Source of the DNA: Macrostomum hystrix
Taxonomy: Eukaryota; Animalia; Platyhelminthes
Reading direction: 5' to 3'
NCBI GenBank assembly: GCA_950097015.1
Contig: CATNEN010000003.1
Location: 620,001 to 684,000 of the forward strand
Length of the DNA: 64,000 nt
Shown: positions 13,566 through 27,013 of the stretch, piece by piece
Layout: the number at the start of each line of letters is the position of its first letter
Numbering within the stretch: position 1 is the first letter of the stretch
Notes under the pieces: generated by a model
Seen by the model: the letters and a program-made list of their open reading frames with translations, nothing else
The model's database searches: none
Told to the model about the DNA's origin: nothing
Position numbers and translations under genes: made by a program

Positions 13566-13951
13566 TGGCTATAGAGAGGAATTTGGCAGGCAGGAACTAT
13601 TGGGATATTTAGGAGATTGGGAGTAAGACTGGTGCATCCTGTCAGATCATGTGTAGTTATTTCAAACTATTTTTAAAGTATAGTTTCGAAAATTCCTTCA
13701 GAAATTATCAGATCAGTAATGCGAATCCAAAAAGTGAATATAAACAACCAAAACCAAACAACAGCGAAACAATGCCACAGTTTGTCACAGATGCGCTGAT
13801 TTCATTTTAAAGGTAAAATTAAAATGTGACAAACTAATTAGCAGGACTTGATAAAATAGTAATAAAAAACGTCGAAACAGTTAGAGCAGAAGTTAACATC
13901 AGAAGAATCCGCAATTTGGGATCATCGCTGCCCTATCGAAATCTCTCAGTT

Positions 13952-15642
13952 TCAGGCGGTGCGAGAGGCTGCAGCCGCGGCCGCCTTGCCGCCGATGACG
14001 CTGTTCAATTCCTCCTGGAGGCGGTTGCGATTGTCTCGCGTCTCCTTGGAAACGGAGGTGCGCATTGTCTCGACAATTCCATTTAAACCGTCGAAGTAGA
14101 CCTGGATCATTTGTTGACGCATGGAGCTCTCGGTTTCCTGGGAAATTCAAGGAATAGAATAAATTTATTTACCTACCTACTTAAAATAATGAAATTACAA
14201 AAAATAAAGCCGCCTTCGTCTCTAAATTAACCTGAGCACATTCGGCTGGATGTACAGCCGTAGCTATCGCGGGGCGTATCTAAAGGTTGCGCACGTATGC
14301 TCAGTCCATGGACTGGGAGCCGCCACACTCAACCAAATTTCTACCCTCTGCAGAAGACACTGTCTATACAACACAATGCAGTCGGTCTGACAAACTAATA
14401 AATAGATTGTAATGAGTTTAAGTATAGTCGGGAATCGAACCATCGACCTTCATGTTGTGAGTATGATGCTCTGACCGCTAGGCTACAAAGCTCCATACAA
14501 TCCAAAAAATATGAATAAATACATAAAAAATCACCTCAATCATTCGGCCAATAGTGAAGATGTGTTGCTGCATCTCGCCTACTGAGGCCTCCCGTTCAAC
14601 CTGGCGAGTCAGGCTGCCGCCGATGTCGAATTCGCCGGCCGCAGAGTCGGCAGTGCGCACCCACAGCATAGTGGTGGCAGTTAGCTTGTATTTGGCGCTG
14701 CGACCGCCAACTTTGTGAGCTACCTCAACAACGTGAATAGAGTCCCATTGGCCGCGGGTTTTAGCCGCATCGCCAACCTTCTTGATCAGTACAACACCGG
14801 CGAAACCGTTTTCCATGTCCCACAGGTAGGCAGACGAGATGCCGCCGCCGAAGTACAGGTCCTGGTACTGCTCCATGGCTGAGTTAAGCTCAATCTCTAG
14901 GGAACGAAGACGATCGGAGGGCACCGTGCCGTCCTCTAGTGGCGGATCGTATCTGGGGATTTTAGTGCGATTGACTGCCTTAGTTACTGATTATGAGGAT
15001 CTGCGATGATGAAGAATGTGAGGATCTGGGATGATTAAGAAAATGAGGATCTGGGATAATGAAGAACATGAGGATCTGGGATGATGAAGAAAATGAGGAT
15101 CTGGGATAATGAAGAATGTGAGGATCTGGGATGGTGAAGAACATGAGAATATGGGATGATGAAGGACATGAGGATCTGGGAATATAAGGACAACGAGGAT
15201 CGGAGTTGATAAAAACATAATGATGTGGGATTAAAAAAACATAAGGATCTGGGATATGAGGAAAATGAGGATATGAGATCATAAACACAGGAGAATTTGG
15301 GATTTTGATGAAAAAATTAGAATCTCAGATTAAAAAACACGAGGGACTGGGATTACGAAGAGGACAATTATTAGGGATTTTGGTAGAAGAAACTAAAGCA
15401 TACTTGTTGCTCCAGGGCGATCTGTAACTGTCAGCGTCTCGATTATAATCACACAGCAGATAGTCTTTGTTGCAGGTGGCGTCCCTAGCAACCTTAAGCG
15501 GTTGATCAACGGAGCAGAGCAGGTTCTCAGTCAGGTCAGGCACCAGATCGATAAGGCGAGCCAGATTGCCTTCAACCTGCTGCGGTGGCAGTCGGCGCAT
15601 CATGTCCAAGGCGCTATTGAGCCTGCGGTCTCCAGCGTCCAT
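13952..15642 (-). CDS. CAPZB: F-actin capping protein subunit beta; exons 15642-15404, 14952-14535, 14137-13952; 280 aa
   Basis: Hallmark peptides [77 protein letters not shown]. The GT-AG junctions join in frame (239+418+186 = 843 nt). The last exon ([15 protein letters not shown]...) is absent from the ORF track. Confidence 0.95.
14270..14494 (-). mobile_element. tRNA-derived SINE copy in CAPZB intron 2
   Basis: Reverse-complement A box (CCGCTAGGCTAC), B box (GGAATCGAACC) and the CAGTCCATGGACTG palindrome. Confidence 0.75.
14993..15300. repeat. Degenerate ~25-bp minisatellite (GAGGATCTGGGATGATGAAGAACAT) filling CAPZB intron 1
   Basis: Visible. Confidence 0.85.
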
Positions 15643-17697
15643 TGTTGCTGACTATAGCTAATTGCTTAATTAGTTTTTATTAATATTTGTTAAGGACGGT
15701 CCGTTTAAAACTCGCTGCAAGTTAAACACACAAAATGCTGAAGTAATATTCAGATAAATTGAAGCATATTATCAAACTGTTATAAGTTAATCAATATGCA
15801 ATTTATAAAATTATGCAATAGCTAAATAATAGGGACCTGCTTATATAATACTCATCTGTTTTTGTTAATAATTTCTTTACAACCTATATTGTCATGCATG
15901 GCTAATAATTTTTGAAACTTTTTATAACAAGTATTATTTTTATTTCATAGCAATTTAACCATGTACATTTTTCATTTCATAATACTGCCTACATTTGGTA
16001 ATTTGGCACCTCAAATTTTATTTTGACCATATTTTTCTAGATGTATATGTTTGACTAAGGATATATTTTAGGTCAATACCCATTATTTCAGATTTATTAT
16101 AGCACAAAAAACTGTTTAATTGCAATATGCACTTTATTGAGCCTTTGTATAATTTTACACATTAGAAAATTTCCAAACTGAAGCAAAGTCAAAGAAGGAT
16201 ATATTCCAGTTTCTGTCACACAATGGCACAAAACAAAAGATAAATATTTAGCTGTCTCTCACATAATGTTTGGCATAGTTAGTGACACTTATGAAATTGA
16301 TAATTATTATAAAAAGTTTTACATTCATATATGAAAATTTCTTGTGTCTAAAGTGTTTTTTCCTATTAGGACAACTCATTGGACAGAAATTTTGTGTATC
16401 TCTTTGTTCTCTGTTGGTCATGTGCTAATAATACTTAAATGGTTTTATCTGTGGTTTTATACAGAAAATGCCCACCTTATCTGAATTGCAGCATGACAAA
16501 ATAACTCTTGCCATGACTCTATTACATATAGTGTGTAAAAATGTGGCTGCTGTTGCTATACCCTGTAGCCCTAGCCCCAGGAGGCTAGCATACAACCCTA
16601 CCAGAGAAACAAGCCTGATAAATGATAATGAACGGGGGGCAAGCTAAAATCATTCCAGACATAAGAATGGCAGTTGTTGCTAGTGAAAGAATCACAACAA
16701 TACCTCTGGAGACAGCCAATGCATATATCATCTTAGAAATGCCTACCAGAAGACCATGTGTAACCATGCCCAGGGCATGTGCTGGAAAAGTTAGCAATAA
16801 GCTCTCCTGACAGCCCTCTTGTCAGCCTGATAGAGGGCCCAGTTCACTCAACCACAGCTAAAGACCAGACACTTGTTTTCCTGCTACCTTCTGCTAGGAC
16901 TACTTAAGTAGTGTGTTTATTGCTGGCATACTACAAGACTGGGTTATAAATTCTATTCAATTGAAACACCATGAGCAAGTTTATTGTGAGCCTGATATAA
17001 TTAAATATATACAATGAATAAATTATTAACTGATGAATCCATATAACAGAATTTTAAACCCTTCCAAGATTTATAGCCTTCTAGTTTATTCTAGTTTAGG
17101 CTAGATAATTAAAATAAATTAAACTTTATTTATAAATTAAAAAATTAAAAATTTAAATTAAAACAAAATTTAAATTAAAATATAAATTAATTAAAATAAA
17201 ATGTTTGCAATATTTTTTAAGTGAAACTGTCTATAACAATTTATTTTCTGATTGTAATAGGAGTTATAGGACCCTAGCTAGCTCCCTAATCTCTATTTTT
17301 TATTTTTAGCCATAGTCTTTTGATGCTGTATCTTTATCATATTTGCTTACTTTGTGAAGAGTTGTTTGCTACAAAAGTTGTTCTTATTATTTCATTATAT
17401 CATTATATCATTAAAAAGAAACAATACTAATCATGTTTTTAAGTGCTGCATCTTTGTGATAATAAAATATTCAGTGATTGGTCTCACCCTAGAATGAGAA
17501 AGCAGAAGGGAAACTGCCTAAGTTTATGTCAATTGGACATTTGAAAGTAATTTTCATGAGTTCATCTGGCATTGTGAGCATGGGAATGACAATGAAGCAA
17601 GATGCTATATGGATCCACCATTACTAGAGAATAGAACAAGTGTAGGCTCTGAATGCCTTTTGAAGTTGTGAGTTATGTACAGCACATGATTGCAAAT

Positions 17698-18945
17698 GGG
17701 TTATGATCACTTGGGCGACAAATCACTTCATCAATAGTCATTTTGGCGACAAGTCATTTTGGCTAATTGACTTCGGTGACAAGTTTTGATCACTTTGGCA
17801 ACAAAATGATCAATTGTTGACCATTTAATTGCAGGCGATAATTGTACTTTGAACTGGTTATAAAATTTGTTTTATTATTTATATTTTTATATTTGTTTTT
17901 GCTTTATTTGTTGTAGGCCACCTAAGTATTTCAAGCTGTAGGCAGAGCACAAATTAGGTGAATGGTCAACACGCTTGCTCCTAGAGACTTGTAGTTGTCT
18001 TAATGGACCTTAATTCTAACTCTAACAAGTGTGACCTAACTGACTCTAACACACTAGTGTGATCTGAAACTTTGTGCACAACATTGTTTTATGATCGAGT
18101 CTGGTAGGCCCCATAGTCAGGATGATGTACATTAGGGCCTACACCAGAAATTTCAGGCATACAATTGGCATAAAAAATGAGGCAAAATATATTTGGCGTA
18201 CCTTTTGGTGTGACGCCATGGCATAGCCTATATACGCAAAGCAATGTATGCCAACTCCAACCTTAATGCCAAAGTTAATATTACCAATTGTTGGCATAAT
18301 GCCATAATCTCAGAATCTTATTATAAAATCATAAAAACCGTAAAACTTGTAAGATGAAATGAAAGTTCATAACTATTCGTGCTTTATAAAAATTTAAAAT
18401 TGTATGCAAACTAATAGTGTAATTTTCTAAAAAAACTTTTTAAAATGGATTTTTGTTGGCATTAACTGTAAGCCAATTTACTTTAAATGAAAACCACATA
18501 TTTGTTAAATAATTTAATTGAAGAAGAAGAAATCATTTACTTGTAATTTACTTGTAATTTGCTTGTTGTATTTGGTGAGTGAAGCGGATTAAGTAGAGGT
18601 GTTTATAAAGTAGGCAAAATGTGTAACACAAAAAAGGTCATTTATTGTCGCAAAGCCTAGAAAACCTGGCGTAAGTTCCTAGGACCTTGGCGTACATTTC
18701 AGTATGAAGTGGTGTAGATTTTTTAGGGGACTTTTTATTCCGGCGTATACCATGACATGATCCTGACTATGGGGTAGGCCCTATTATCTCTCAGGTATAA
18801 TTAGGGGCCTATAGCCTGTAATTAATTGTTGCCTAAGACAAAGTGATCAAAACTTGTCACTAAAGTCAATTCGCCGAAATGACCTGTTGCCAAAATGACT
18901 GTAGCCAAAGTGACTTGTTGCCAAAGTGATTGGTAGGGCCTACCC
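17698..18945. mobile_element. Non-autonomous TIR DNA transposon with subrepeat-containing TIRs
   Basis: GGG...CCC termini; ~110-bp imperfect TIRs built from TCA(C/T)TTTGGC(G/A)ACAAG units; 8-bp TSD TTGCAAAT at 17690-17697 and 18946-18953. Confidence 0.85.
18111..18772. mobile_element. Nested MITE inside the 17698-18945 element
   Basis: TIR CCATAGTCAGGAT(G/C)ATGT; 8-bp TSD GGTAGGCC at 18103-18110 and 18773-18780. Confidence 0.85.
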
Positions 18946-21059
18946 TTGCAAATAAACTATAGGCCTAGTAATATAAAAAATAATTTTGAAAACAATTATC
19001 ATACAAAGATATGTTCCCCAGCAAAGTTTATTAAACTAATAGAAATAAAAGCCTGCGCACTATCAAATACTTGAGTATACTAACACAACATATAAATTTG
19101 ATAGCTGCAGCCTGCTGATGCAAAAAATATGGATACACATTGCTAGTAAATTCAGTGCCACAAAAGGATTTTCTAAAGCACAGGAAGTTGAATATCAATA
19201 TATTATTAAGATATATAATATTAAAACATTTCAATCAGAGCACAGGTTTCTTCTGAAAATCTTAATCCGCCATCCACTATGCACACTACTACGCGGCCCC
19301 GAGAATTTCACTTAGAAAGCTTTTAAAGAAAAGTATATTCTCATATAAACTTTTTTTTTTCAAACTCTTTCTTTTTCTTTTTTCAAAACTTTTTCAAAAG
19401 AAAACTTTTTCTCAATTTCAAACTAGAACTAAGCAGAAAGCAGTACATTTTAACAAACAAGTAGTACTTTTTAAATCAATTAACTGTTTTGCGCAGACTA
19501 AATATTTTTAGAAAAGGACTATTTTTCCTTGTTATTGCGCTGCTTTTAATGCATTGAAATCGTAAAATATGCGCTAATGGTTGTACAATGAACAATGAAA
19601 ACAGAGAAGTATAAGCTGTTCAACTGTTCAATAGTTGGTCATTGACGCATCATTATGCCTATAAGCTTATTATTTGTTAGCCTAATGGTTAAAAGAAAAA
19701 TCATAGATCACTGGATTATGGCGACCTCTATTTTTAAATAAATATGTTTTCTAAGTTTTATCTCACGCAAAATTGTTTAAATTTTGTCATTGTTTGTTTC
19801 GTTAGGCCTACGATTGATGATAAGCAATTCAGTAGGCCCTAGGCTTCATTTTAACAGTCCCGGGTCACTTTTAACTAAGTGTAGGCTTCATTCTAGAGTA
19901 GAGTAGGCCTGTGTAGCTAGTAATTACTAGTTAGTTTATCATAGGTCTGAAGGTATATGCCTATTCTGTTCATATAGGCCTATTTAGAGGTTAAATGTGC
20001 ATTTTTGCTGTAGGGGCCTAAATCTGTGTAGATTGATGTCAATGGTCCATGAAAATAAACTACATAGGCCCTACCTGTGTAGCTGTGCTGAATTATATTT
20101 GTAATAAATGATTCTCTCTTTTTTTCTCTTTTGCTCTCTTTTGTTTTTTAAATTAGCTGTTTTTTTATTACATTTTGACTCATTGTTTATGCACATGGAA
20201 TACATTGAATTTTAATTTTTGTGAATCATGACTTGGCAGGAATCATTCAAGGCAGTGCTAGCATGGCACTATAAGATGTGTGTCTATGGTAAAAAATCTC
20301 ACAACTTATACAGTTGTTCATTCAAGTTCAGGTTCTTAATTAGGCCTATAGATGTGCTTTATTACTGAGCTATATCCTTCCTTTATAAGTCAGGCAAATC
20401 CTTTGTTTCAGCAGACTGCATCTTTTTTAGTAATTATTTCATCATTGTCCATTGTTAACAATAGGCCTAAAAGGGTAAAAAGTTATAAACAAAAGGAAAC
20501 ATGTGACAATTAGGCCTATAGAGTTCAATTTAATATATATTTCATTGTTTTTTATTCTTCAAACTCTTAAGTAAGCTTGCTTTATAAAGCTTAGTAGGCC
20601 TTAAGTTAAAGGCCTAGGCCTAGGCCTACTATTAACTAATAATGGCCTATTGGTTAGTTCCTCCGTTTTCAAGGTTAGAAATAAAATTGTATGAGTGAAA
20701 TATATGCTTGTAAAGTAAGTCATTGTTTTGATTAAAGTGTGGTTTCTAGGCCTATAACAAACAAAAATTATGCCTAGCCTATACAAAAACATATATAACA
20801 TTCACCGACAGATATTCCGCTCGATATTCTGATCGATATTTTTATATGAAACTAAATGTAGCAAAACAAATGAATCACCATGAGCTAGCCTACTTGGTTG
20901 GTCGCTGGAGAAAAAAAAATAAAAAGGGACAAACACTTACATTTGAAAAGAACAAGCAGATGAATGTTTGAACCTCTTTACTGCATAAATGCATTACAGA
21001 ACAAAATAAAAACATCTAGCTACAGTTCAGGATGATCAATGAACACCAGGGACAATGCA

Positions 21060-22035
21060 CCAACTGTAGGCTCAGGTCTTCAAATAACTGTCGGGATGAT
21101 TGATTAACGGTTGGGGTCGACAATGCAATAACAGTCGGGACAGGCCTTCAATTAACTGTCGGGATGATTGATTAACGGTCGGGACGATGCATTAACAGTC
21201 GGGACAGGCCTTCAATTAACTGTAGGGATGATTGATTAACGGTCGGGACGATGCATTAACAGTCGGGACAGGCCTTTAAATAACTGTCGGGATTGATTGA
21301 ATAACGGTCGGGACGATGCATTAACAGTCGGGACAGGCCTTTAAATAACTGTCGGGATGATTGATTAATGGTCTGGACGATGCATTAACAGTCGGGACAG
21401 GCCTTCAATTAACTGTAGGGATGATTGATTAACGGTTGGGACGATGCATTAACAGTCGGGACAGGCCTTTAAATAACTGTCGGGATGATTGATTAATTGT
21501 CGGGACGATGCATTAACAGTCAGGACAGGCCTTCAATTGACTGTAGGGATGATCGATTAATGGTCGTGACGATGCATTAACAGTCGGGACAGGCCTTTAA
21601 ATAACTGTCGGGATTGATTGAATAACGGTCGGGACGATGCATTAACAGTCAGGACAGGCCTTCAACTAACTGTCGGGATGATTGATTAACGGTCGGGACG
21701 ATGCATTAACAGTCGGGACAGGCCTTTAAATAACTGTCGGGATGATTGATTAATGGTCTGGACGATGCATTAACAGTCGGGACAGGCCTTCAATTAACTG
21801 TAGGGATGATTGATTAACGGTTGGGACGATGCATTAACAGTCGGGACAGGCCTTTAAATAACTGTCGGGATGATTGATTAATTGTCGGGACGATGCATTA
21901 ACAGTCAGGACAGGCCTTCAATTGACTGTAGGGATGATCGATTAATGGTCGTGACGATGCATTAACAGTCGGGACAGGCCTTTAAATAACTGTCGGGATG
22001 ATTGATTAACGGTCGGGACAGGCCATCAATTAACT
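21060..22035. repeat. 64-bp higher-order tandem repeat (24+20+20 bp subunits sharing TAACNGTCGGGA) inside the transposon
   Basis: Period of 64 bp (CAGGCC at 21141 and 21205); ~14-15 units. Confidence 0.95.
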
Positions 22036-22251
22036 AGCTAGTCTAAGATTGTGGAATTGTGGTCCTCTGTCACACTCACTTACCAAATCAATCATTAATT
22101 AGCGGGTTGTGTCTGAGTTTACTCCGTCATCTGGATGAGCATGGATGAAATGTACAAAGAAAGTAGGAGGAAATTTAATTTCAAGAAACCGAAGTGACTT
22201 TCGATACCATCACAATATAAATGCATCTGTTAAGCTGCCAGCTGAATGAAT

Positions 22252-24142
22252 TTATTTTCTTCGTTTGATAGGCACGTGCGAAACAATCATTCCACTTAAG
22301 TAAGAGGGTTTTGACACCCTTGCGGCCCATGGGTCACCCATAGGAACATGGGGTGCTTCTTCATACTGCTTTCGACGCTTTGCACGCCGGGGCGGTAGAA
22401 CTGACTGCTGGTCTTTCTTGACTCTTTTGATTCTATTTAGGACACATTCGAGCTGCCTGCGTAGAAAATTGCCTATGTACATTCGTGTGCCACTTTTTCG
22501 CCGTACTGTAGCTTTAACCCAACGAAACCATGATTCAACTGGCGCATTCGTGAGATGTTTACACACAGTTGTTCCTCGAAAAACGCACACGCTCCATAGT
22601 GGCAGAAGAGGCAAATAAAGTTTGTAGACTTTTTCGATGGCATTTGGGTAAAAGTTCGTGTTATTTTCACCGTCCGGTTGAATAATTGGCTCTGGCATGT
22701 CAAAAGTCTTAGCAAATGGTGAACTTGTTTGAAGAGTTCTCCCTTCTTTGTGAATGAGATCATCTGGAGCTTCCATCTCGCCTTCGTCTTTTAAGATTTC
22801 TTCAATAGTTTCATGGTAGCTGTTAGGCAAATAAGTGGCGTGTTGATGAAGGGAATCGTAAGCTTCATGAACACCAGGTGTCAGGTACTGACTGCAGAAC
22901 ACACGAATCATAGCCTTCCAGACAAAAATAACAGAGCTCAGTTTGCCTGCAGTGATTAGTTGAGCAAAAAAAGTAAAAACGTGCGCCTTGCCTCTTTGTT
23001 TTTTATAGCGACCGTCATTGCAACGCGATGCATTAGATGCGAGCTGCAAATAAATACAAAGGGATACGATTGAGGCCCAACGTCAGCAGCAGTTAGTCGC
23101 TTATGCTGCTTCTTTAAGTAGGTGGACAAATCCATAACAGCAGCAGCCCGAAGGATGCCATGTAGAAAGACCCAGCTGAAATCTACAACGTAGACTCGGG
23201 GTCCAGATTTTTGTAATTCCCATACACCTCGGTCTTCAAAGCGAGCAAAGTTTAACAGAAATGATTCTATCCAAGCAGTGACATATTCTGTTTTTGTGGA
23301 CTCTAGAACAGCCTCTGCTATTGGTGTTGTCACAACAGATCCGGTACAATGACTGACAACTGCACTGCAAAGAAAAACATTGTTTGGTATCACCTGAGAT
23401 TTTCGAACGAGACCACCAGTTGCATCGATGTGAATGGGAGTGTATGGATCCTTTCTTAGCAGCTTACTCAGAAGATGCTGCTGTTCAGCACAATACAGAA
23501 TGACTCCAAATGGCACAATGCTAATATTCTGAATAAATCCTGTCACACCTTCATCCACTTTCATTGACACTTTCCAATCATCCATTTGCATCATCAGGTC
23601 ATCTAGCTCATTTGGGCTCATTTTTTTTCATTCTGTTGGCGACTGCAGGACTGTCGCACTGCTGCCAAGGAGCAATGGCCCACTTCAAATTGCTGCAAGC
23701 TTTGTTCATAAATCTCTGTTGGTTTGGCATCCTTGCTTGCTGCCTTTTTTGCTACAAATTCTTGGCACTCACTAGAGCCATGTTCCCACAGATGCCAAAC
23801 ATTGGCAGTTGGCAATATGTCTCTGTGACCAATGTGCTTGTTACTTTTTCGTAAAATTAATTCTACACTCTGAGCAAGTGGTAACTCACTCATTGACAAT
23901 GTTGCAACTGCCTTACATTCTCGAGATTCTGCACAAACAAGGCGCAACAAATAAGCATAGCTACCTTTTCTAGAAAAAGTTGTGCGGATTACTTCTTTAT
24001 TCACATGGTAAATTCCATGCTCATTTGACTGTCTTAGAAACGGCAACACAACATCCTGAAGCCACTGTCTATTAAGCTGGCCTGTGTCTTTGCAAAAATA
24101 CTTTGAGAATTGGTCAACAGAAATGAGGATTTGAAGCTGATC
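22252..24142 (-). pseudogene. NOF-FB/Mutator(MULE)-type DDE transposase, split by two frameshifts
   Basis: Motifs IHIDATGG, VVDFSW, FICSSH (CxxH), LPLWS, LTNAPVESWF across three overlapping ORFs; acceptor TTTTTCAG before 24142 opens DQLQILIS in frame with the 24049 ORF. Confidence 0.8.
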
Positions 24143-25057
24143 CTGAAAAACAATATGGTTTGTTGCTTATAAGTTGGCAAATTTTGCATGTCTGTATAGC
24201 TCAGTGCATTTCAGGTAATCAGGAATATGCAACATTCATAGAGAGACAAGATTGGGTAAAGCTAGCAATATAGTAATCAACCTCAATATTTTTGACTTTA
24301 TACATAACATTACTAAACATTGAAGATGTACAACATTTGGATTCACATGGCTATTCCTATTGGCAACATATGTCACTATTGGATGAAATGGCAATTATGT
24401 GATAGCTCTGACTAGAAAACTACAAACCTGTGTATAGCTAATAGAAATGACCAGGGTGATTCTCAAAGCTATCCTCATAGTCATCCATGTAACCTGAGTA
24501 TATTTTGACAAGTACAGAAATGTAGGAATAGCTAAGTCACCCATATTATACAAAAGCAGACCCCACTTATAATTGCCTTTTATAGCGTTTAACATTTGGG
24601 TGACTGGCTCAAGTTGATAAGTACAACTACATTTGCTGGCTAGTGTCATTTGTATGTCTATATTCACATTGGCTTGCTAAGGTAGAAACAAAATTGCTAT
24701 AATAGAATATTTGATATACTAATATCACTTGACTTTTACACCCTCTTAAATATTTAGGGCAAGAAATTCCCAAAATAACTCTGTACAAGTATAAAGGTAC
24801 ATTATTTTGCTATAAAATGAAAGCTGAATAAAAAATAATGGCAATTCATTTACATCTCAACCCTAGAGGCCACTCAGTTGACAATGCATTAGAGCTTATC
24901 TCTCTCTCTCTATCTCCCTGCAGTGTACATAGCCATCAATGTCCAACAAATCAAGCTGCTATATCAGCTTGAACATCAGTCATCTACCCCCCCCAATGCA
25001 TACAGTTCAGTTAGAAGGTGCAAATCATCCAGACTTCTCTCCAATAACCCTAAAAAT

Positions 25058-25351
25058 TATGGATGGGGATTTATCAAAGGTTAGGGAATTGGGATGGGGA
25101 TTTCTGAGGTTTGGGATTACGAATGGGGATTGATCAAATGCTAGGGAATTGGGATGGGAATTTCTGAGGTCGGGGATTATGGATGGGGATTTATCAAAGG
25201 TTTGGGAATTGGGATGGGGATTCCTGAGGTTGGGGATTATAGATGGGGATTTACCAAAGGTGTGGGATAACAGATGGGGAGTTATCGAATGTCTGGGAAA
25301 TGCTTGCTTGGACAACTGTTTGGGACCCGCGAAGCGGGTTGGATCTGCTAG
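25058..25351 (+). mobile_element. Non-autonomous Helitron-like 3' end with a 60-bp G-rich tandem repeat
   Basis: Hairpin ACCCGCGAAGCGGGT followed ~8 nt later by CTAG|T. Confidence 0.6.
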
Positions 25352-26800
25352 TCTATTCTATTTTCTAAAGTTGACTATGTCTATTTGTCTGTGAAGTTCA
25401 CATTTTAAACAAAACCATATGACCAATCTTCACACGAGTTGCATTGTTGGTTTGCAAATTTTCTGGCAGTGATGTGGCAGATTTTGCTAAAACTTCTGGT
25501 AATGCCAAGGTTGTTTAATTTGCAGAGAGGGAAAGAAAGAGAGGGAAAGGAGAGACAGAGATTTGGGGAGGGAGATTGAAGGAGAGATGGAGAAGTGGGG
25601 AGGGAGATTGAAGGAGAGACGGAGAGGCAGATTTGAGCACTCTCTCCCCTAAAACATTCTGCAATGTGGGATGGGTGCGATCAGGGCAATTCAATTGTAC
25701 TGACTTAGGGGGATGGACACTGATGTACACCACACCTGATATACAGTCCACACAATATGATTGAGAGGTATATGTAGCCGTACAATGCTTTATTTCTCAG
25801 TCATAAGTTCAATGGCAATTTATTTCAACTGACTTGATGTTATTGGGCACACTTGAGTGAACCTGCCTCTTTGACTAAGATGGAGCCATTGGTGTAACCT
25901 GACCCTGACCTGATTTCACTTCAGAGTCTTTATAATTGGCCAATTTCAGTTCCCAGGATTCAATTTGGGAGATTTAGGATTTTTTGGTTCAAATCCTCAA
26001 AGGAAGAGTTCCATTAGTAATATATAATGCTAACAATTTACATAGACCTTGCAATATAGCTTAGCCATGGCAAGCTATGTTGAATGTCTATGTCGTGAAA
26101 AGTTGCCTTAAATATGGTTCTCTAATAAGCGTAAAACACATTGCCATTTTTGATTAATAACTTATTTACATTATTTTCATTTCCTTGAAATATTTTTTTA
26201 TATTCTTTATATCTTTCTATGTTCATTTCTTTTTTCTACTAATATTATTGTTTATACCATTTAAGATTAAGTACTCATTATTTATTTTAATTAAATCATT
26301 ATTATAAGTAAATAAATGACTTTATATATATATAGCTCAGTGAATAATGCTGTTGAATTTCACTATCTTTTGACAAATTCAATACCACTATGGGGGCCAT
26401 TTATTATTGATTGCCAAAGGAGCATCATGCTTTAATTGTAAATTTTAACATGCTAAATTTGAACTTATTCTTGCCAAAGTCTAGCTTGAAAAGAGCTATA
26501 TTATTTTTATATACTTTCTTTGTTTCCATTTAAAATACTTATTATATCTCTTAGATTTCATAAAGTTTAATCATATAGGCCTATATACAAAAATAATGCT
26601 TCTAGGCCTATTGCTATATATAGCTATTGCTAAAAATAATAGCTATATATACTTATTATAAAGCTATTGCCTATTATTGGCCAAGGCCTAGCTCCAAGGG
26701 ATTTTCAAGATTTCAAGGTAGGCCAACTAATGAAAAATGGAATGTCTCCCTACCATATCTTATCTGGTTTGACTAGAGCAATAATCTATGATAAAATCTA

Positions 26801-27013
26801 GGCAATCTTCTAGTTTTGCATGTTTAATTCAAAATGACAATAAAAAGAATGCTTTGGTCATAGATATCACATAGCTAGGCATTGCCATGTCATTTGAAAA
26901 CTTGCACAAGTTTAAGCATTTACTTATGCTAACTAAGGGTAAGGCAGTCATTATCTTTAATAAAAGAAGCAAAAAAGAAAATAATAATTAAACATGTGAA
27001 ACTAGAAGATTGC
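26801..27013. repeat. Inverted repeat pair / MITE remnant
   Basis: GGCAATCTTCTAGTTTTGCATGTTTAATT versus AATTAAACATGTGAAACTAGAAGATTGCC. Confidence 0.6.

Noticed and set aside
13899-14150. 83-aa ORF in the track
   Set aside because: Wrong frame; the real coding frame is CAPZB exon 3 (14137-13952)
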